Counted from the whole stretch's first letter, positions 12,975 through 25,824 are shown. The stretch is 52,150 bases of DNA, filler included, from Basidioascus undulatus (GCA_000826855.1; 3 parts of 3 records of this genome joined end to end with filler, not necessarily neighbours in it); one strand, 5' to 3'. Numbers and translations: made by a program. The notes: generated by a model from the sequence alone, not told the origin.

Positions 12975-14600
12975 TCAAGCCTCCGCCCTCCCGCCGCGCT
13001 CAAAGAACCGCTTCTGGCGCCCGCACGTCTCGTTCGTGCACCCGGGGCAGCGCAGCCCCATCTGCACGCTCGTCCGCTGGCTGGGGACGTCCCACCCGCC
13101 CGTCCACCCGGGCGCGGCGATCTCGCCCGCACGCGGAGAGGGCGCCAACGGCGGGTACACCGTCGAGAGGTGCGAGGCCGCAAGGTCCGCCAAACCACGG
13201 ATGAAGATCGGAGAGTCGTTCAGGCTGTCGGCGCGCTCGAGGTGGATCCCTATCTGCGAGGCCAGCGAGCAGGTTAGCAGTGGCTGAGCGTGGGAAGAAG
13301 GAAGAGGGAAGAGGAAAGAGGAAAGAGGGAAGAGGGAAGAGGGAAGGAAGGAAGACGCCGCCGCACCTTCTCAGCCTCCTCCTTGTTCTCGATGTCGAGC
13401 TCGTAAAGCGTCTCGATGTGGTCGCTCGTGAACGCAATCGGGACAGTGACGGCGTGCTTGTGCCCGAGCTTCCGGAGCCCCTGGATCGCGTCGCTCGTCT
13501 GCTGCCCGAGCCACGCGCTCGGCCCGACCTGGCTCTGCCAGACGAGGCGGTGCGGGGACGAGAAGCCGGTCAGGGCGGGTAGACGCGCGACGACCGCCGC
13601 GACGGTTGCCGCGACCTCGGAGGGGTACGGGTCGCCGCGGTTGACGATGCTCATGGGAAGGGAGTGTGCGGAGAAGAGGAGCGGTACTTGGGATCGAACG
13701 GAGGCGGGGAGGCGGAGGAGCGCATTGTGCACGTTTTGGGCGACGGCCTGCATGGTGAGACGGTTGAGCAAGGGCACAAAGCAGTGTATAGCGGATTACG
13801 CTGCGCACCTCTACCAGACCCGGGTGAGTCGGCCACCGATCAATGACGCTCCAGTCGATCCCCGCGCCCTTCCCCTCCTTCGCCCGCCTCTCCAAATGCC
13901 TATACAGTTCATTCAAACTGCTGCCCGTAGTCGAGCAGCTGTACTGCGGGTACTGCGTAAACGCGACCGCGCGGCGCACGCCATCGCGCTCCATCTCGTC
14001 GAGCGCGACGTCCGTGAGCGGCTGCGCGTACCGGAACGCAACGTACGCCTTGTGCGGCGCCGTGTGCGGGCTCAGCTCGTCCAGCAGCGCAGCCATCCCC
14101 TCGCCCTGCGTTCGCGTCCACCGCAGGATCGGCGACCCGCCACCGATCGCAGCGTATTGTTCACGGATTTTGGGCGTGCGCCGAGCGGCGATTCGGGGTG
14201 CGAGGAGGCGTTGGAAGGGGAGGGGGATAAGGTCCCCGTCGTGGAATAGGTTGGAGAGGAAAGAGTGCACTTCGTCCAGCTAAGAGGGGTGCGACATCGT
14301 TCAGCCCAGAGGTGGGAGATGAAGGAAGGGAAAGAGGAGACGCACTGTTGAGGGACCGCCCATGTTCATCATGAGGATACCTGCCCAGCTCCGGACAGTT
14401 CAGCATACTCCCTTCCAAGCCCAAAGCTACATCGCACGAATCTCACCCGTCGGCCTGCACTCCTTTCCCTTGATTAGCTCCTCATTCAACTGCTCGCTCT
14501 TCGCTCGGTGTGCGACGCACCCGGTAGATTTCGGCCCAGACCTGAGAGTGGCCATCCCCCTCCGTGCAGTAGGCACCAGCGATTTTGGTGTGGAAACCAT
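12975..14600 (-). CDS. HEM15: mitochondrial ferrochelatase
   Basis: [85 protein letters not shown] and C-terminal [10 protein letters not shown]. There are 5 GT-AG introns, with an 8-nt micro-exon at 14447-14454. Confidence 0.96.
13293..13354. repeat. GAAGAGG/GAAAGAG purine microsatellite inside the last HEM15 intron
   Basis: gaagaaggaagagggaagaggaaagaggaaagagggaagagggaagagggaaggaaggaag, a 7-bp periodic array. It reads as polypyrimidine on the sense strand. Confidence 0.8.
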
Positions 14601-14723
14601 GCCTATCCGCTCTGACGAACTAGAGAACAACGGCGGTTGAAGGAAGTGCGTTGGGAAAGGAGCGAAGGAGGAAGACGCGAGGGCCAGCAACTGAGCGCGA
14701 CTTCGTCGATCGCGGTGCGGAGC

Positions 14724-14751
14724 CGCTCACGTCAGCCGGCGGACGTGAGCG
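14724..14751. promoter_or_regulatory. 28-bp near-perfect palindrome about 125 bp upstream of the HEM15 ATG
   Basis: CGCTCACGTC-A-GCCGGC-G-GACGTGAGCG: 10-bp arms, a palindromic core and one mismatched pair. It carries two ACGT cores, and TCACGTCA reads TGACGTGA on the minus strand (CRE-like). Confidence 0.5.
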
Positions 14752-17349
14752 TCTCGCGAAAGAGAACAGCCGGATTGGCACAACTTTCAAGCCTTTACTT
14801 CCAACCTTTTCACTCTTGCAAACATCCGTGCGCAGGTGTTACAGTAGTTGATCTTTCCAAAACATCTTTGTGTCCCAAGCCTCATGTAAAATTCGGTAAG
14901 GTATACAGGTTGAGCAGCCTGCTCGGCTTGCCTGCATTGCTCACGATTTGGGAGTCGATACTTTCGTCTAGCTCGAACTTCTTTGCTTCCATAGTTATTT
15001 GCTTGAATACACAATGCCCTACCTCGTGCAATACACCAAGGTCGTTATTACGCTCTTTGGTCGTCCAGTCATCGTGATACGCCGATTGCCGGGTACGATC
15101 GATACTCGCTATGCGAGGTCTGTCGTTGCTTTCCCTTCTTCCTGAAAGCTTGAGAGGTTAGAAAATGGTATAAGGATACTCCTCAGATTCACCGGTAAGC
15201 GACTGGTATGTGGAGGTGAGGCAGGCTGCATCTGCCGGGCAATCCGATGGACGGCTGAAACAAAACTCTCTCTCTGTCGGCGTCCTTTGATGCTCCATGA
15301 GTTCGACAGCGCACATGAATTCATATAAGATCCTGAGGTTAATTATCTCTCTTTTGGAACACCATTCAGCGGCGCTCGGTCCAAGAACAGCTTGTCATCA
15401 GTACCTGCCACGCAAGTCTCCATCGCAGCACAGTAAGTTCCCCCAGCTTGACAATCGCACGAGGCAGACGCCGCTGGCGCCTTATCCAAATCTGAATTTC
15501 TACACCCGGGAATAGTTCTCAAAGTCGATGCTGCTGAGGTCGATCGAGACATTCCAGATTGTACGTGCTTATGCCTGCAACTTCTTACGCTGGAGCCTGG
15601 AGCCTGGAGCCTGCCCTGCCGCGCGCCGCGGTCGTCATCTCCCTAAACAGGGCATCCCCATGAAGTCATAAACGGCTCAGAGGGTCCCCTGCATCCGAAG
15701 TGAGAGAATGAACCCCCGTTCAATATCTTGAGGCAATCTAGAAGGTTACATCTAAGAACTGCACTTCCCATACGCTGCAGGGCGGATTCCCTTTCAATTC
15801 CTCCTTCTACAGTTGTCCGTTTGAGCATTTAAGTGAATCGAGACCCGACTTCTAGTTTCTGTTGCTTCAATGTCCAGCGTGGCGAGATGGATGGCAGTCC
15901 TTCCCCAGAGGTGAGCGTTGCCCTGTGGACGTGTACAGAGAGCACAGGGAAGCGCGTCTTTGTGTCTACACTCCTTCGAGTCCCAAAACCCTTCAGAAGT
16001 CCCACCTCCCCCTCACCGGACCCCTGGACGTCTACAACTGCCTAAATACCCCACTCTCGGGAACTGACTACATGATCCCAACTCACCACCCAAACCGACC
16101 TGGAGGCGCATCTCTTGGCTGAAGAGTGCGGCACCGCGCAACTCGGGAGCCTGCGGCGGGCCATCCATGCTTATTGTGGGGGGGAGGGCAGGGGGGTTTG
16201 AGGCTAACGTGAGATACTCTGGTTTGACTACGAACTGAAAGATATCATTGAAAGTTCTTTACCAAACTCTACGAGCAGCGCGGCAGTGCTGAAGAAGTAC
16301 GGGCCATCTCGAAGGACGCCCCCCTCGAACGGCCATGGGTTGTGCTGTGGAGGGTTCCCATTGAGTCTTGCACCGCTCCGGCGTCCGTAGAGCTCAAGGA
16401 AATAAGATGAGAGGATTTGGGCTGAGCTGTTCGGGCGATAACGTTTGGCTGAAGGAGATGGGGGTTGTTGGTGGAAGACCGCGTGGCGGGTGGTCGTTGA
16501 CTGATCTGTATACATGTCGGCATGCCTCCTCGTATATTGAGTTCGAGAACAGCCGTTTTTTTAAGGCCTGAAGGGCTGAAACTGGTGATGCTGCGGGTGG
16601 GGTAGACGCTGCGTGGACTTTGAGGGGAAAAGATAAGGCACCCTGCGTCTCGAGCACGCATCAGGGTATAGCAAGGCTAACCCATCCACACGGAGCGTCC
16701 ATTTGGCTGGACCCCAGAACACTGACTGCCTCTCCAGAGGTGCTACGACAAAGAGGGACAGGGCATGAGCGGCAAGGGCGGCGGCTGCGGGACGCGGCCG
16801 AGCAGCACCTGGAGGAGGTGAGAGGACCTCGTTGTGGTACATGAGAGGGACGTTCCGAGAGCAATGCCCTGTCATCTCCGAAAAGGGGAATAAGGGAATA
16901 AAGTGGGCATGAAAGTCGACTACTGTTGACCGAGATGGGGAGCGCTGCGGGCTGTTGCGCGAGGTTGAGAGGTTGCTACCTTTCCCTCAACGCTCTTTGC
17001 CTCCTTGCCACTGAGGTGAGGGTTGAAATGAGAAGTTCCAATATCTTTGTGTATAATTGGGTCTGAAGCTAATGTAACATGTTTGAAGAACACAGCCATG
17101 CGAGAAGGGACAGACTTCGCCGGCCCTAATTCGCGGCGCAGCGCCAGAGAGCAAGAGGTCTTTTGAGGTCGGTTCAGTCGCAAACGACCAAAGCCGCAAT
17201 TGGACCAAAGATACAAGTTGTGCAAGTCCCAAGAGCTCTTCGACATATGGTGACAGTCTGCGTGTGCCGTTCGGGCCCTCCTTTGTTCAATTGCGCTGCC
17301 CTGCCGCCTGCCAGTGAGGGGGAGCGACTCGGCGACACTGCCCCTTTCA

Positions 17350-17449
17350 NNNNNNNNNNNNNNNNNNNNNNNNNNNNNNNNNNNNNNNNNNNNTTAATTA
17401 ATTAANNNNNNNNNNNNNNNNNNNNNNNNNNNNNNNNNNNNNNNNNNNN
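17350..17449. other. artificial contig-joining spacer
   Basis: 44 N + TTAATTAATTAA (stops in all six frames) + 44 N, exactly 100 nt. Confidence 0.97.
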
Positions 17450-17666
17450 GAGGGGGAGAGGGGAGGGTTGTGGTACGATATGTTATGACTTGATAATTTT
17501 GAACGAGTACGAGCGGAGGCAGGGCATGGTGCTTGAGCTCGGCGCGGGCGACTCGGGGGTGTGCTTGCACTCGCGCGGCACGCCATTTGCTGACATCCAA
17601 GTACCCGTCTATGCTCTAATTAAGCGCCCTGCAGTACAAACGATCCGAAGTACATGCTCTACCATC

Positions 17667-19743
17667 CTACTCTTCTCTCCCCTCAAGTAGCTCGTCCCAA
17701 AAGCCCCACCCCCCTCCATCCGTCCTCTGCGCCGGCTTCAACCCCAACAACCTTGCGCCGAGCGCGTACACCTCGACGTTGCTGAACTTCTCGAGGCGTG
17801 CGGGGTCCGGCACGCCCCGTCTGTTCCGGAGGAGGGACGCGAATGGCCCGGAGAGTAGGAAGGCGGCTTGCATCTGGAGGGAGATGAGTACTCGGGAGAG
17901 AGAAAGAAGGAGTAGGAAGACGTACGTCGGGGTAGGCGTTATCCCATCTCCCCACCTCGTTTCAGCTCCAGGCTTGTTGACAGAGGAAGCAACGCAACGC
18001 ACCCATGGTTCCCTCCCGGCCGATACACCCCCTCCATAAGCACCTCCAACTCCGCCCTGCTAGTCACGCTCCACCCGAGCGCAGGGACGATCCACAGGTC
18101 CGCCGTCCCCTCCGCTTCCTGCTCGGGCGCGTACCCCCAACGCCGCGGGAGCGTTTGGCGCGTGTAGACCTCGAACGCTCCGCCCGAGGCGGACGCAGCG
18201 GACTGGAGCGCGCTGTGGAGGGGCGCGAGGCATGTGGGGGAAAGGAGTCGCAGGGCGGAGAGGGGCCAGACTGGGTGTGGGGGGAGGGGGGAGCGGGAAT
18301 ACGAGTGCGGGGAGGATAGATAAAAAGGAAGGAGGAGAGGGGAGGTTGTCAGGGGGAAGGAAAGAGGAGGGAAAGGGAAGATGGGGAGAGGAAGAGAGGG
18401 GGGACGCACTGTCGGAGTGCGAGATGCATGACAGGAGGCGAGGGGGTACGAGGTCGTCGAGGATTATGAGCTGCTCTTGCGAGGTGGGGGCCATGCCGTG
18501 GTCGGAGAGTACGAGGAGGTTGATTATTGAAGTGAGGTTGCGGGCTTCGAGGAGCTGTATTTGGGCAGCGGTCTGTGAGCGCTGGAACGGGAGAAGGAGG
18601 GAGGGAAGACGCACATCCAGCAAATCACCCACGAACGCGTCGACCCGCTCGAGCGCTGCGTGCACGGCTGGCCCGTCGGGGCCTGAGACGTGCCCGGCTT
18701 GGTCGACGTCAGGGAGGTACGCTGTCCAAAATCCAGGACAAGAAGTGTGTCAGGTCGGGCAAGAGCGAAAGAGGAGGGAGGAAAAGGACGACCTGCAATG
18801 AGCTGCGGCCGCTCGGCGAGAGGCTTGTCGAGCCATGCGGCGATGTGAGAGAGCTTTTGGGTTGGGTGGATGTTCTGTGCGGGTGAATGGGGAGGCGAGA
18901 AAGGGTGTGTGGGCAGCTGAGGAGGGGAGAGAAGAGAGAGACGACGTACAGCGTACGGGACGTGGTAGGTTGGGGAGACGCCTTCTGAAGTTCTGGGCGG
19001 GCCTGCTCGGAAGATATACGGGGCTGGAGTGCTCAGAGGAGAGTAAAAAAAAAAAAGTTTTTTGGCGAAGCTTCACCTGGCCACATCAGCACGGCGCTCT
19101 TGACGCGCTGCTTTTCAGCGGTGGCCCACAGCTAACAGGCCATCGTGAGCAAAAAAGGCGTCAGAAGCACGGCTTTTGGAGTGTGCTGGAAAATATCCCT
19201 CACAGGCTCCCCACCCCACCAGAATGCTTCCAGGCTCTTGGCCGGATCGGTATACTTGAACGACCGCCCAGAGGAAGGGTCGAAGAAATCGTTCCCGATG
19301 ATTCCGTGATGGCGGGGCAACAAGCCGGTCCTGATTGTTGAACCAAGTCACAAACGTAAGAATCAAAAGTGAAGGATATCGAAAGATACGCGAAGATCGA
19401 AGCCTGACATGATAGACCAATGATTCGGAAACGTGAGCGTCGGAAACACCGGCTCGAGCGACTCAGCCCGGACGCCCTGCCTTGCAAGCCTCAGAAGCGC
19501 CGGCGTGCGCTCGGTGATCTGGCCCGCTCTTCATCATCCCTCAAATTTCAGTTTGGAACATCGATGGCGTTGAGGATGGCGAGCGTGAATGTACCGCAGG
19601 CCATCGAGCGAGACGAGCAGCGTTGTGGGCGCGAAGAGGTGCATCCCGTTGGATTCGGGTTTGGGCGAAAATGAGGGTGAGGAAGCGAGTGTGAGTGGGG
19701 CGGGGGTGAGGAGGGTTAGTATCGCTGGGATAAGGGAGAGCAT
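17667..19743 (-). CDS. type I phosphodiesterase / nucleotide pyrophosphatase (NPP family), probably secreted
   Basis: Signal-peptide-like MLSLIPAILTLLTPAPLTLA, then LLVSLDGLR, PVFPTLTFPNHWSIMTGL (catalytic Thr), HHGIIGNDF, WWGGEP, YLPDVDQAGH, LSDHGM, GNHG and FSNVEVY. Multiple GT-AG introns. Confidence 0.92.
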
Positions 19744-22271
19744 AGGGATGTTGGTGAGGGGAAAGAAGAAGCACGCAGTCTATGGTCAACTTGGGTCAAC
19801 GAGTCGCCAGAGTTTCCTTGGATCTTCCGTGGATGAGTTAGTGGAACACAGCGATACAGCGGTAAATATTGCCTTCTGCTGTTTTTCTTTTTAGGGCTGG
19901 ACAAAGGTTCGTACTAGTTTCCATTCATTTGAGATAGGCAAGCCTGCGACGGCTTATCTGGAGCTTTCACCAGTGCGTGCCGATTGGGTGCATCGACACA
20001 TTCGCTGCACACTTTATGTGCACGTCGACCGTCAGAACAAGTCAACTTATTATTATGGAAGTTGTTAATACAGAACCGTTCTTTTTTGTCAGAACCGTTT
20101 TCTGCAAGTGTCATATGTAAGGCTTGCGGCCTTACAACACCACACGGGTCCCCGCTTGGCGGTGGCGATTCCTTGTCGCTCAGACACGCCTTCAATTTCC
20201 CATTACAGTTTGAGGTTCAGTACTAGACAGCTGAACTCTAGCCCTTTTCCACGGGCCACCAACTTCCCTTTGAGTGTGCACCAGTTTCGACGCCCAGGCA
20301 CCAGTTTCAGCTGCAATGCCCAATGATGGTGTGCAAGATGAGCCTCGACCGCGCAGTGAAAGCCCAAAACATCTATCCAGATGTAGGGGATATGAGTTCC
20401 GATTGTGTGTGAGCGTATTCTACAGGAGACAACTTCAATTTTGGGACGATGAGTCGTAAACTTGAACCGCAGTCCTCAAGTTTCCGAGGGACTTGTTTCC
20501 TTTTTTTTTCCTTTTTAAGTAAGTAGGATTAGGAAGGTTACATTAAAGAGTCTAACAGCAAGCATTGGTGGGATCTGATGCATCCTGGAATCTCGATAGG
20601 AAGACTGGCCACTGGCTAGGCAGGACCAAGCGGGCACCGCCGAGCGCTTCGTTGTCTTGATCGCTTCGCGCAAGAATATCGAAGATCGAAGGGGGAGAAG
20701 AGTAACAAGACGTCCGAACACTTGTATGGTTGCGGGACTCAATTCAAAATTGTATAGCACGGTTTGGAGAAGTGCGGCAGCTTCGTCGCGAGTACATGAT
20801 CATCGAAAGACCGCCTTCAGAAGACATCGCTCATCACTTGCTCTGGTGCATCGTACAGATACAGCGAGTTGAGTCAGGATATGAGCACGTGGCGGACGTT
20901 TCTCAGCACCGTCGAATCGGCATGGATGATGGATGGAAAGGCGCTTTGATTAGATAGACAGTACGCGGCAAAGTAGTTCCAGCCGCCCGCCATCAGGAAG
21001 TGAAGTTCGGCATGTTTCGTTGAAGGTGTATGATCCCACATCCATTCTCAAACTCCCAAGCAGTGGTCCTCCCTGTTCCGCCCGAGCTTCCCCCTCTCCC
21101 TCCTCCCGGCCCGTCCGAAACATGACGATAGCTCCCCTCGTCCCCGAAGATCTGTTCACCACGACCTCCGCATATGCTTCTGATACTCGCGTACCAATGA
21201 CCGCGGCGCGCACGACCTCGCTCAAGCTTCGCGTCTGGGGAGAAAGAGGGGAGGGGAGGAAGCGCCAGTCAAAGTGTGTTCCCGCAAGGGCGCGCTGCAG
21301 CAGGGTTTATTCGCATTCAGCCAAGGCAGGGACTGTATTTCAAGTCGTATTTCAAGTCTGCTCCCGGCCCACTGGTACACCCGCTCGCGCAGGTGGCAGT
21401 TGAGCTCAGGAGACCTCTCCTCGACGAAGTGCGCGCCGAGAAGCCCCGCCTAATGCTCTACGTCGCATTCCACCGAACGGTGACTACATTTAAAGTCTGC
21501 TTCCATCCCACTATGACGGTTACACCCGCTTGTGCTAGTGTTCGTATGGGCTTTGAAAGCCTCCGCCCGATGGAGTGTGCAAGCAGCAGAGCACCAGCAG
21601 CGCGCCACCAAAGGAAGTGAGATGAAGGGGACTCAGCGGGACATTCGGATATGGAGTCTATTTATTCAGACGGTTCCCAAAAGAAGTCAGCATATGCCCA
21701 CGGCGAAATCAATCGAGAACTGATGACATAGCACGAACATATGTGCTCCAGAGGTGCACCGGTGGTATCGCGGGAACCTCGTCTGCGAGTCGGTGAGATG
21801 TCTATGTCTGAGGGGGAGGTACAATGTTGCTGGGAGAAAGAAGCGCACTTTGGTCACAAAACGCGCACCTAAATTGACTTTCTGTGCTTTCCCCTTCCGG
21901 AACTGACTGACTCATTTTCCGCTTCCGGCTTCGATCTTCCCGCTTGCGGTGGCCATTTCTGCTTGAGCGTACTGCATTCTGAACGACATTTTGGCGGGGA
22001 TGCAATCAAGTGCTCGAAGCACACCGTGTGAAACATTTTATGTGTAAATTGGAACATCAATCTCGAATACAGGCCTACGAACGCGCTGTGAAGCGAATCT
22101 TTAGCCTTGCGTGCCAGGCGGATGCAGGGGATCGCCGCGTGCGCTGCGCTGGTCTCTCTTGGTGTCTCTGACTGGCAACGCAATCAACCTTCACATGTTT
22201 CCGAAGGCGGTTTGATGGCTAGAAAGATAGTTGAGCTAGCGCATTTCCCCCACCTTACTGCTCTATCCCAA

Positions 22272-23607
22272 ATGGCTCGAACGCTACCGTTTCATGGCCA
22301 TTACTTCACCTTTAAATCCCCGCTTCCCATCGAGATCTGGCGACTGGTCCTCGAGAACACACACAACATCAGTCTTTGCTTGGCCCCTGACCCTCCCAGC
22401 ACGCCCAACGGCCAACCCTTCCTGCTCACTCGGCCGTTCTACGAGAGCTACGGCAACCTCGAACATAAGGAAGCCACTGAGGTCAAGCGGAAGCTGCTCT
22501 TATTCGCCTTGACTTGCAGAACCTTCTTTGTGAGCATAATTTTAACCTACTGGGGAAATTCCTGGAAGAGGCCTTCCTTACAAGCGTCGAGCGCATTACA
22601 GGAAATCGCTCGTCCCCTGCTGGTCAGACACCTCCGCATCACCTCCGCCCGGAACCTCCGACAAGTGGTGCCACAGCTCGCCGACGGAGACTCCTCCAAG
22701 GACGAGATCATGTATATCACCATCTCCCCAGCCGTCATCTCGTACCGCGCTGCCTATCCCCAGCTCGCACGCTCCATCAGCAGCCTGCTCGGCCTGCTCG
22801 GCACCTTCGGCCTGCCTCTCGACGACCGCTGCGTCCAGGCAGTCGTCGTCCCCTCACCTTCTACTTCACACATATCAAAAAGTGTCTCGACGATCGTTCT
22901 GCCTCCTCACCCGGTACTCCGCCCTACGCACGCTGTATTTCGATCTCGACGACGGGGACAGCACGTCTGAAGACGAAGGTGATCCGACAAACAATGTCTC
23001 GATCGTGCCTGACGACTTCCAGTTCAACACGTCCATACCCTCGCTTTCACCATCAACGGAGATCTAATCCCCTACCGAGGACGCTCCGCTCACCCGAACC
23101 TTCCCCTCTTTCCTTCCCTCGTTGAGGTCAATGTCGTTCACCGGCGTGGAGCAAAGCTTGACGAGGCGCCGAATTTCCTGGCCAATATCGCTCCCGGCGT
23201 CACGCGTGCTAATGTCCAGGCCGACTGGATTGCTATCGTCACGAGCCTCCTCGACACCCTGCGGGATCTGCGGGATGGTAGGACGAGTCCGACTTCGGCC
23301 CGGCCCTCCGCAAGCATTTCCGCGAGTTCCGCGTTAACCCCATGCTCCCATTCCTCCGGATCCCGCCCCGCTCACACCCACCAAGCTCCGGGAAGCGAGC
23401 CCCGAGGTCCAAGAGTTCGAGTTCGGCGACGCGGTGACCAGGGCGGTTGAGCCCATGGAGGACGAAGTCGAAATCCTCGAGCTCGTGGAGGACGTCATCG
23501 AATCCCGGAGTCCGTCTAGGGAAGGCCGTCCTAGAAGCACAAGCGCGCGAAGAAGAAGAAGCGACAGGACGAGCGTGAAAAGGGGGTGCCGAAGCCGCAC
23601 GGCATAA
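22272..23607 (+). pseudogene. F-box-like protein gene, frameshifted in its 3' half
   Basis: SPLPIEIWRLVLE..LLLFALTCRTFF, an intron at 22529-22601, then EIARPLLVRHLRI. After about 22840, coding-like blocks (LRTLYFDLDD, LRSMSFTG, PEVQEFEFGD) alternate between frames and contain stops. The 3' end is approximate. Confidence 0.55.
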
Positions 23608-24717
23608 ACAGGCGCGGGAAGAAGAAGAAGCAAGGCGACGAGCAGGATGGCAGTTGAGGGTGAGCTGTCATGGAAAGAGGAGCTGATCGGTCCATGGACA
23701 TTCGATAATATTATGTCATATTTCCTAGGCCAAAGCGTGAGCGTGAAATGTCAGATAGACAAGTTGATAGTTTGGCCGCACGCGGCTTGTCGCTGCACAC
23801 GAGCATGTGTCCCGCTGTTTTTTGGCTTGCTCATGCATGCAAGTGGCGTCGTACAAGGACAGAGGCGGTGGTTCTGGAATATATCCAAGAATCTCTTGAA
23901 TTTTCCCCCTGGGACTAAACCCTCCCCTCGTTACGTTCGACTCAGCTACACCGAGGCCTGGGCGTAATGTCCCCTCTTGATTGGAATCGATTGGGAAGGG
24001 ATCATTCGCCTGGGGTGAGGCAATGCCGCTCCTCTCTGACATTGTACCAGATCGGTTTAGATATTGGGCGACTCGTTGAACACCAGCAGTGAGAGGCACG
24101 CCAGCATGTTTGGAGGATGACTACGCAGGGCAAGCGGAAATGCCGTCCCCATGGTTGATACGCAGCCCAGGAGCGCGTTCCATAACTCTAACTCTACTCA
24201 TGTGTCTGTGTGGCTTTAGTATCTTTTGCACTGACTGTTGCGAGGGCCCAAAATCTTCATACCGCTGCTGGCCCAATCTTCTCTTGACAGTTCGAAACAA
24301 AGTAACTGTTGATAGTCGCGATTGTATTACCATAATGAATAGGAGGGTTTTGAATTCCCAGGACATTGATTCGTAAAAATTACTTTCGGTCAAAGTGCCA
24401 TCGGGTTGACCCAGTCGTGTCCCATCCGGACGTTTGCGCACTTACCCGAGCGTCGGCTTGGTGACGGAGATTACAGAGATTAGTATTGGCTTTAATTCAT
24501 CTTCTCTTATCCCCAAATATCGATGTTCCAATGCAGAAATCGCCGTTCCAATGTAGAACTTGACAGGTTCACTAACACCGCCGCAGCCGCTCATCGCCGT
24601 TTCGTTGGGGGCAACCCACAACCTCTTTCGGTGTAACTACCAGACTCAAATCAAAACGTAGATATCAAAAAAAAAGTAGTAGAAAGCCACAAAGGTAGAC
24701 TCCAAGGTACGCTGCGG

Positions 24718-25824
24718 CTAGTAAAACCAGTGGTGCTCTTCTCGGAAGTCGATGTGCATCTCAGCTGAACCAGTGTTCGGCATGTCGCATTTGTTCAAGT
24801 AGCTGTAGACACGTGCAAAGCGAGTGATGCGTGAGTGTGTGATTATTAAAAGCCTTTTGAGATTTTTCGTTAAAACGTACTACCTCTCCGCTACACTGTG
24901 CAGCGGCCGCTGGTGCCACTTCAGTTTGATGTTGAGCGGCCTGTCCTCGGCCAACCGTGTGCCAGGTTCTTGACGGTATCCTTTCAGGCTGCAATCTTCG
25001 AGGCATAAGTAACATTATGTCTCATCACAGGGAGCACGCACAGTTCTCTCCAAGCGTCAGAGACGTCCAAGATCGTCACCCCGGTAGGGTTGAGCACTTT
25101 TCGCGGTAATTCCGACCGGCCCTTCATGGTTAATTGGAGCTCCTGTGTGGGTGGGGTAGTGGCGAAAGAGAAGGAAAGAAGTGCATGGTCCGAGACGGGC
25201 GAGAACTCGTCGGTGCCCTTGTTATAGCGTGCTTGGCGGACCGCGGTGACGAAGCGTGTGAGCTTGGTTTGAGGTAGGCTTCTTGGGAAAGATTGTCGAA
25301 TCTTGAGGTTCGGAGCGCTCGTTGACAGTATCCAGTGGGGTTCGAAGACCCCTTCGATGCAAGCAGCGCCCGGGAATCGACCGAATTGGCGAGCCCAGCA
25401 ATTTCTAGCGTCTTCGAATATGTATACATCCCCCCGCCCCCCCCCCAAATCATCAGAGACCATTGAAATATGCAGAAAGTTTCCCCTCACGTATGGCCTG
25501 GCAGTTTGCACACCCCGCCTGGCTATTGCCGCACCTAGGCAAAGCAATGCGAGCCGCGACAGTACGAAGAGCGGACGCGCGGTCCATGTTTTTACACAGA
25601 TGACGCGGCAAGCCAAATCCGCGGCTGTGTAGAAATGGGAGGAGAAACCCTTCATCACATACTGCGCCGAGGCGGGTGCACGTCCGTGAGAGCGAGAGGA
25701 TGTCGGCCAGTGATTCCAGTTCGTTGCGTATCCGAGCGAGGAGTTCGTAGGGGAGGGAGAGCAGGGGGGGTGGACCACTGGGTGTGGAAGGGAAAGTAAC
25801 TTTGCTATGGTGATGGAGTGGCAT
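24718..25824 (-). CDS. F-box domain protein (3 introns)
   Basis: PLLSLPYELLARIRNELESLADILSLSRTCTRL (F-box), then CGNSQAGCANC and SFATTPP..NPTGVTILDV. Three GT-AG introns keep the frame open to a TAG at 24718-24720. Confidence 0.7.

Noticed and set aside
13416..14249. Long antisense ORFs over GC-rich genes (also 29572-30917, 40007-40600, 1528-2407)
   Set aside because: These are shadow ORFs caused by high GC3 codon bias on the opposite strand.
15833..16875. Coding-like patches between HEM15 and the first gap
   Set aside because: Stops occur in all frames and I could not recognise any family motif or transposase/RT signature.
17394..17405. TTAATTAATTAA as a biological motif (piggyBac TTAA target or PacI site)
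   Set aside because: It is centred in exactly 44+44 N and repeated identically at 34796, so it is a synthetic linker.
17490..17690. GMVLELGAGDSG resembling SAM-methyltransferase motif I
   Set aside because: It is an isolated 8-residue match next to a contig edge, with no downstream methyltransferase motifs, and it lies in the likely 3' region of the NPP gene.
17667..19743. NPP gene as part of the ADP-ribose module with NADAR
   Set aside because: It is 13 kb away with unrelated genes between, has a signal peptide and belongs to a widespread family. Nothing indicates functional linkage.
20950..21620. Exon-like segment with a polypyrimidine acceptor at about 21237 on the minus strand
   Set aside because: No upstream exon, start or family motif could be established.
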